Source of the DNA: an uncultured bacterium | Lineage (GTDB): Bacteria; Babelota; Babeliae; Babelales; Vermiphilaceae | NCBI GenBank assembly: GCA_963695335.1 | Contig: OY968764.1 | Coordinates: 512,001 to 576,000 of the forward strand | DNA length: 64,000 bases | Direction of reading: 5' to 3' | Shown here: piece by piece, positions 61,595 through 64,000 of the stretch | How positions within the stretch are numbered: position 1 is the first letter of the stretch | Layout of the letters: every line of letters begins with the position of its first letter | The notes under the pieces: generated by a model | Told to the model about the DNA's origin: nothing | The model's database searches: none | Seen by the model: only the letters and a program-made list of their open reading frames with translations | Program-made: the position numbers and the translations under genes

Positions 61595-61865
61595 GAAAAA
61601 GAAAACCCCCAACTTGGACCCTCCTACGCATAAAGCTACGGAGAACACGGCCGTTGGGGACCTCAGAAAAACTTTCACTCCGTTACGGTTGATTACGTGG
61701 ATGGTTCTTGCCAACCCTCCACACCTCGGGCACAAACGTTCCTTTTGATCCCTTATTGGGTTAAAAACCCTGCCGCCGATACCAAACTTCGCGTTGCTCA
61801 GCTGTGTTATCGGGGAGCCCATGTCGCTCAGAAGCGCCAGGACTCCGGTTTAACCCAACATGTAC
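61595..61865 (-). ncRNA. Candidate structured non-coding RNA, family not identified
   Basis: GC-rich intergenic stretch with several nested stems, TATAAT at 61878-61873 upstream, terminal hairpin plus U tract. Confidence 0.6.
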
Positions 61866-62425
61866 TCATTTAATTATACGTTCGTTAATAACCTGTGCAT
61901 TAGCCAAGCTATATTATTGATGACATTATGTGGCACAGTTGATGGAGCACTTTGTTGGTCTTTGTGTATAAAATACAAGAGATATATAGTGATTGGTTTG
62001 TAATATTCCATCAAGAACTTTCTATACAATTCACCATCAGAGCATTTTTTAAAGTAAAAATTAACACATTCATAGCTTTGGGGATTTTTTTTAAGATAGT
62101 TAAAAACGGTTGTTATTGCGATGAGTACAGCATTGCTTCGTGGAAAGCCAACATCTGCACTCAGTGTGGGAAAGTCTATATTTTTTGTACAATCTAAGGT
62201 TGCTCCTAAGGTGAGGCATTGTTTATAACAAAAAATTAAATCTTTTGAAGCTTCTTCAATTGCCTGATCGCTCGTAAATTCTCCATTTTGGTAATAGCCT
62301 TTTTTGTGTTTGCATGCTCTGCGTACTTTGTATATGGGATGGTTTTGCGGTCCTATGATGCGTGGTTCTTCAACACGCATAAAAATACTTTTTTCCTTGT
62401 CAGTAGTATATCGTGTGGTGTTTAT

Positions 62426-62990
62426 TTAATTGAGCAGAAAACCCTGGCTTTTCAAAGCCAGGGATGAATGCGAGTCAAAATGGAGGCGATGGAGCAATGC
62501 AGTTATAGTAATTGCGAAGAGCCGGCTCTTTAGGCATACTAAAAAACATGGGTAAATATTGGTGTGGATCTCAAACAAAGCACAGACTTATGTATCATTT
62601 AGTATGGATTCCAAAATATAGAAAGAGAGTATTAAAAGGAGAGATAGCAGAAAGAATAAAAGATCTATTGTATGAATGCGCAGATTTGCAAAGATGGAAA
62701 ATAGAAGAGCTAAACATTCAATTAGATCATGTTCATATGTTAGTTCAAATGAATCCAGATGTAAGCGTGAGCAGGATGGTACAATTGTTTAAAGGAATGA
62801 CCAGTAAAGTTGTGCGCGAAGAATTTCCAGAATTAAAAGAGTTTTTGTGGGGTAAAAGTTTTTGGTCAGATGGGTATTTTGCAGAAACAAGTGGTCAGGT
62901 AAACGAAGATCGCATACGAGAATACATCCGAAATCAGTAGAATATATCCTAAAAAGCGAAGCGGGGGCTTTTAAGCCCCCTGTTTTTCAC
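62426..62990 (+). mobile_element. IS200/IS605-family element carrying tnpA only
   Basis: Inserted 3' of TTTAT, ends in TCAC, no target duplication; subterminal hairpins 62442-62463 and 62963-62980. Confidence 0.9.
62548..62940 (+). CDS. tnpA: IS200/IS605 HUH (Y1) transposase
   Basis: YHLVWIPKYR, DHVHML, FKG, FWSDGYF, YIRNQ. Confidence 0.95.
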   Translation: MGKYWCGSQTKHRLMYHLVWIPKYRKRVLKGEIAERIKDLLYECADLQRWKIEELNIQLDHVHMLVQMNPDVSVSRMVQLFKGMTSKVVREEFPELKEFLWGKSFWSDGYFAETSGQVNEDRIREYIRNQ

Positions 62991-63334
62991 TTGATGGCAA
63001 GGTGGATACGTGTCTTCACCTGGATATGAATGATATGTATCATCATCTGAAGCACTGTCGTGAGTTATATTTTTTTTCCAAACAGCTTTGCCGTAATATG
63101 GTTGGCAACATATGTCACCTATGTTTTGAGGAGTGTCATATCCTGATAACATTCTTTGTTGATGGCTACCAATCACTATGATACTTTGTTTTTTTACAAA
63201 GTATGGAAATCCTTTGATGAGATTAATTTCTGTCTCATTGTATGTAAAACTTAAACAATTTGTCGCTTCGTATTCTTTTTCCATTCCATGAAGCACCGCA
63301 GCAAAAAGAGATGTGAAAAGTAAAAGTTGCTTTG

Positions 63335-64000
63335 TCATGAATGTTCCTGTTCTCTAATCTCACAAATTCCACTCATCAACCGAGCTATATAATCGATCAG
63401 TTCCTTTGGTAAACTTGAAATATTCTGCCCAGCATCTTTATGTATCCAATATAAAAGATATATAACACTAATGGGTTTGTAATATTTCATTAACAATTTT
63501 TTATACAACCCAAACTCAGACCGTTTTTTAACAAAAAGATTAATACTTTCATATTGATTTGGATTGTCTTGAAGAAAATTAAAAACAGCTTGTATTGCAA
63601 TGGGTGCAGCTTTATCCCTAGGAAAACCAACATCAGCACCAAGTGTAGGAAATGCTATATTTTTATTCTTTTTTTCATTGAATTGAAAATATTTTAAACC
63701 TTGAGTTAAGGCGTTGGTATAGCATAAGGGTAAATCTTTTGAAGCTTCTGTGATTGCTTGATCGCCTTTGAAGCATAAATTATAATACATATCTTCTCTG
63801 TTGGGTACAGGTCTGTGAACGTTATATACAAAAGTATTCAAGCATTCAGCTGGTATAGTAAAATTGACCATTTCCTCTGGCTTATCAGGAACGACGATCG
63901 CATATCTCTGAGCGCGAGTGGAGTTACTAATACATGGTTCTTCAATGGTTATGATAAATGGTTTGTATTTTTGCGAATTTTTCCACGTTTGTTTATCAAT
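63335..64000 (-). CDS. Macro-domain-like protein, paralog; 5' end beyond window
   Basis: Frame open to 64000; EASKDL..CY, NIAFPTLGADVGFPR..AAPIA. Confidence 0.75.
   Translation of the reverse strand: MDKQTWKNSQKYKPFIITIEEPCISNSTRAQRYAIVVPDKPEEMVNFTIPAECLNTFVYNVHRPVPNREDMYYNLCFKGDQAITEASKDLPLCYTNALTQGLKYFQFNEKKNKNIAFPTLGADVGFPRDKAAPIAIQAVFNFLQDNPNQYESINLFVKKRSEFGLYKKLLMKYYKPISVIYLLYWIHKDAGQNISSLPKELIDYIARLMSGICEIREQEHS

Larger units (their letters stand above)
61874..63338 (-). pseudogene. Secreted macro-domain-like protein interrupted by an IS200-like element
   Basis: 63338-62991 and 62425-61874 join in frame (900 nt, ...PPCHQ|INTTRY...); L.FCY..CL and NIDFPTL.ADVGFPR resemble the macro-domain C-terminal half. 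Confidence 0.8.

Noticed and set aside
61523..61822. ORFs 61523-61822 and 61551-61748
   Set aside because: They run through a REP arm and the structured GC-rich region; likely spurious
61595..61865. omega RNA of the nearby IS200 element
   Set aside because: Lies ~560 bp outside the element ends and there is no tnpB/iscB
62441..62480. gggatgaa stretch as a tmRNA 5' end
   Set aside because: Explained by the IS200 left-end hairpin; no tRNA-like 3' end follows
1..64000. tRNA, rRNA or prophage genes
   Set aside because: None recognised by eye; tRNAscan-SE and barrnap would be needed to exclude them

Overview
AT-rich bacterial chromosome segment. The gene content (housekeeping genes mixed with many paralogous signal-peptide proteins: ankyrin, WD40-like, HExxH, macro-like) suggests an intracellular protist parasite such as Ca. 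Dependentiae/Babelota; this is inference only. Housekeeping genes include rarA, mscS, mutL, zwf, gnd, tkt, tmk, rpoD (frameshifted), dnaG, lgt, mnmG, mraY, tgt, yhhQ, murB and trhO. Main observations: (1) a family of about 19 REP-like palindromic arms with covarying stems, densest around a lone small GIY-YIG nuclease gene that they bracket in inverted orientation (candidate GIY-YIG REPtron), with related repeats inserted in frame in MutL, DnaG, Gnd and a hydrolase; (2) a tight operon of two signal-peptide AAA+ ATPases, a ~1036-aa EndoU polymorphic toxin (split by IS982 and IS5 elements) and a putative immunity gene; (3) a GC-rich structured ncRNA candidate at ~61.6-61.87 kb; (4) shared effector signatures (Met-Glu/Asp/Gln right after the signal peptide, C-terminal F-box-like motif); (5) an IS200-like element splitting a macro-domain-like gene. 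All calls are by eye; no searches were run.
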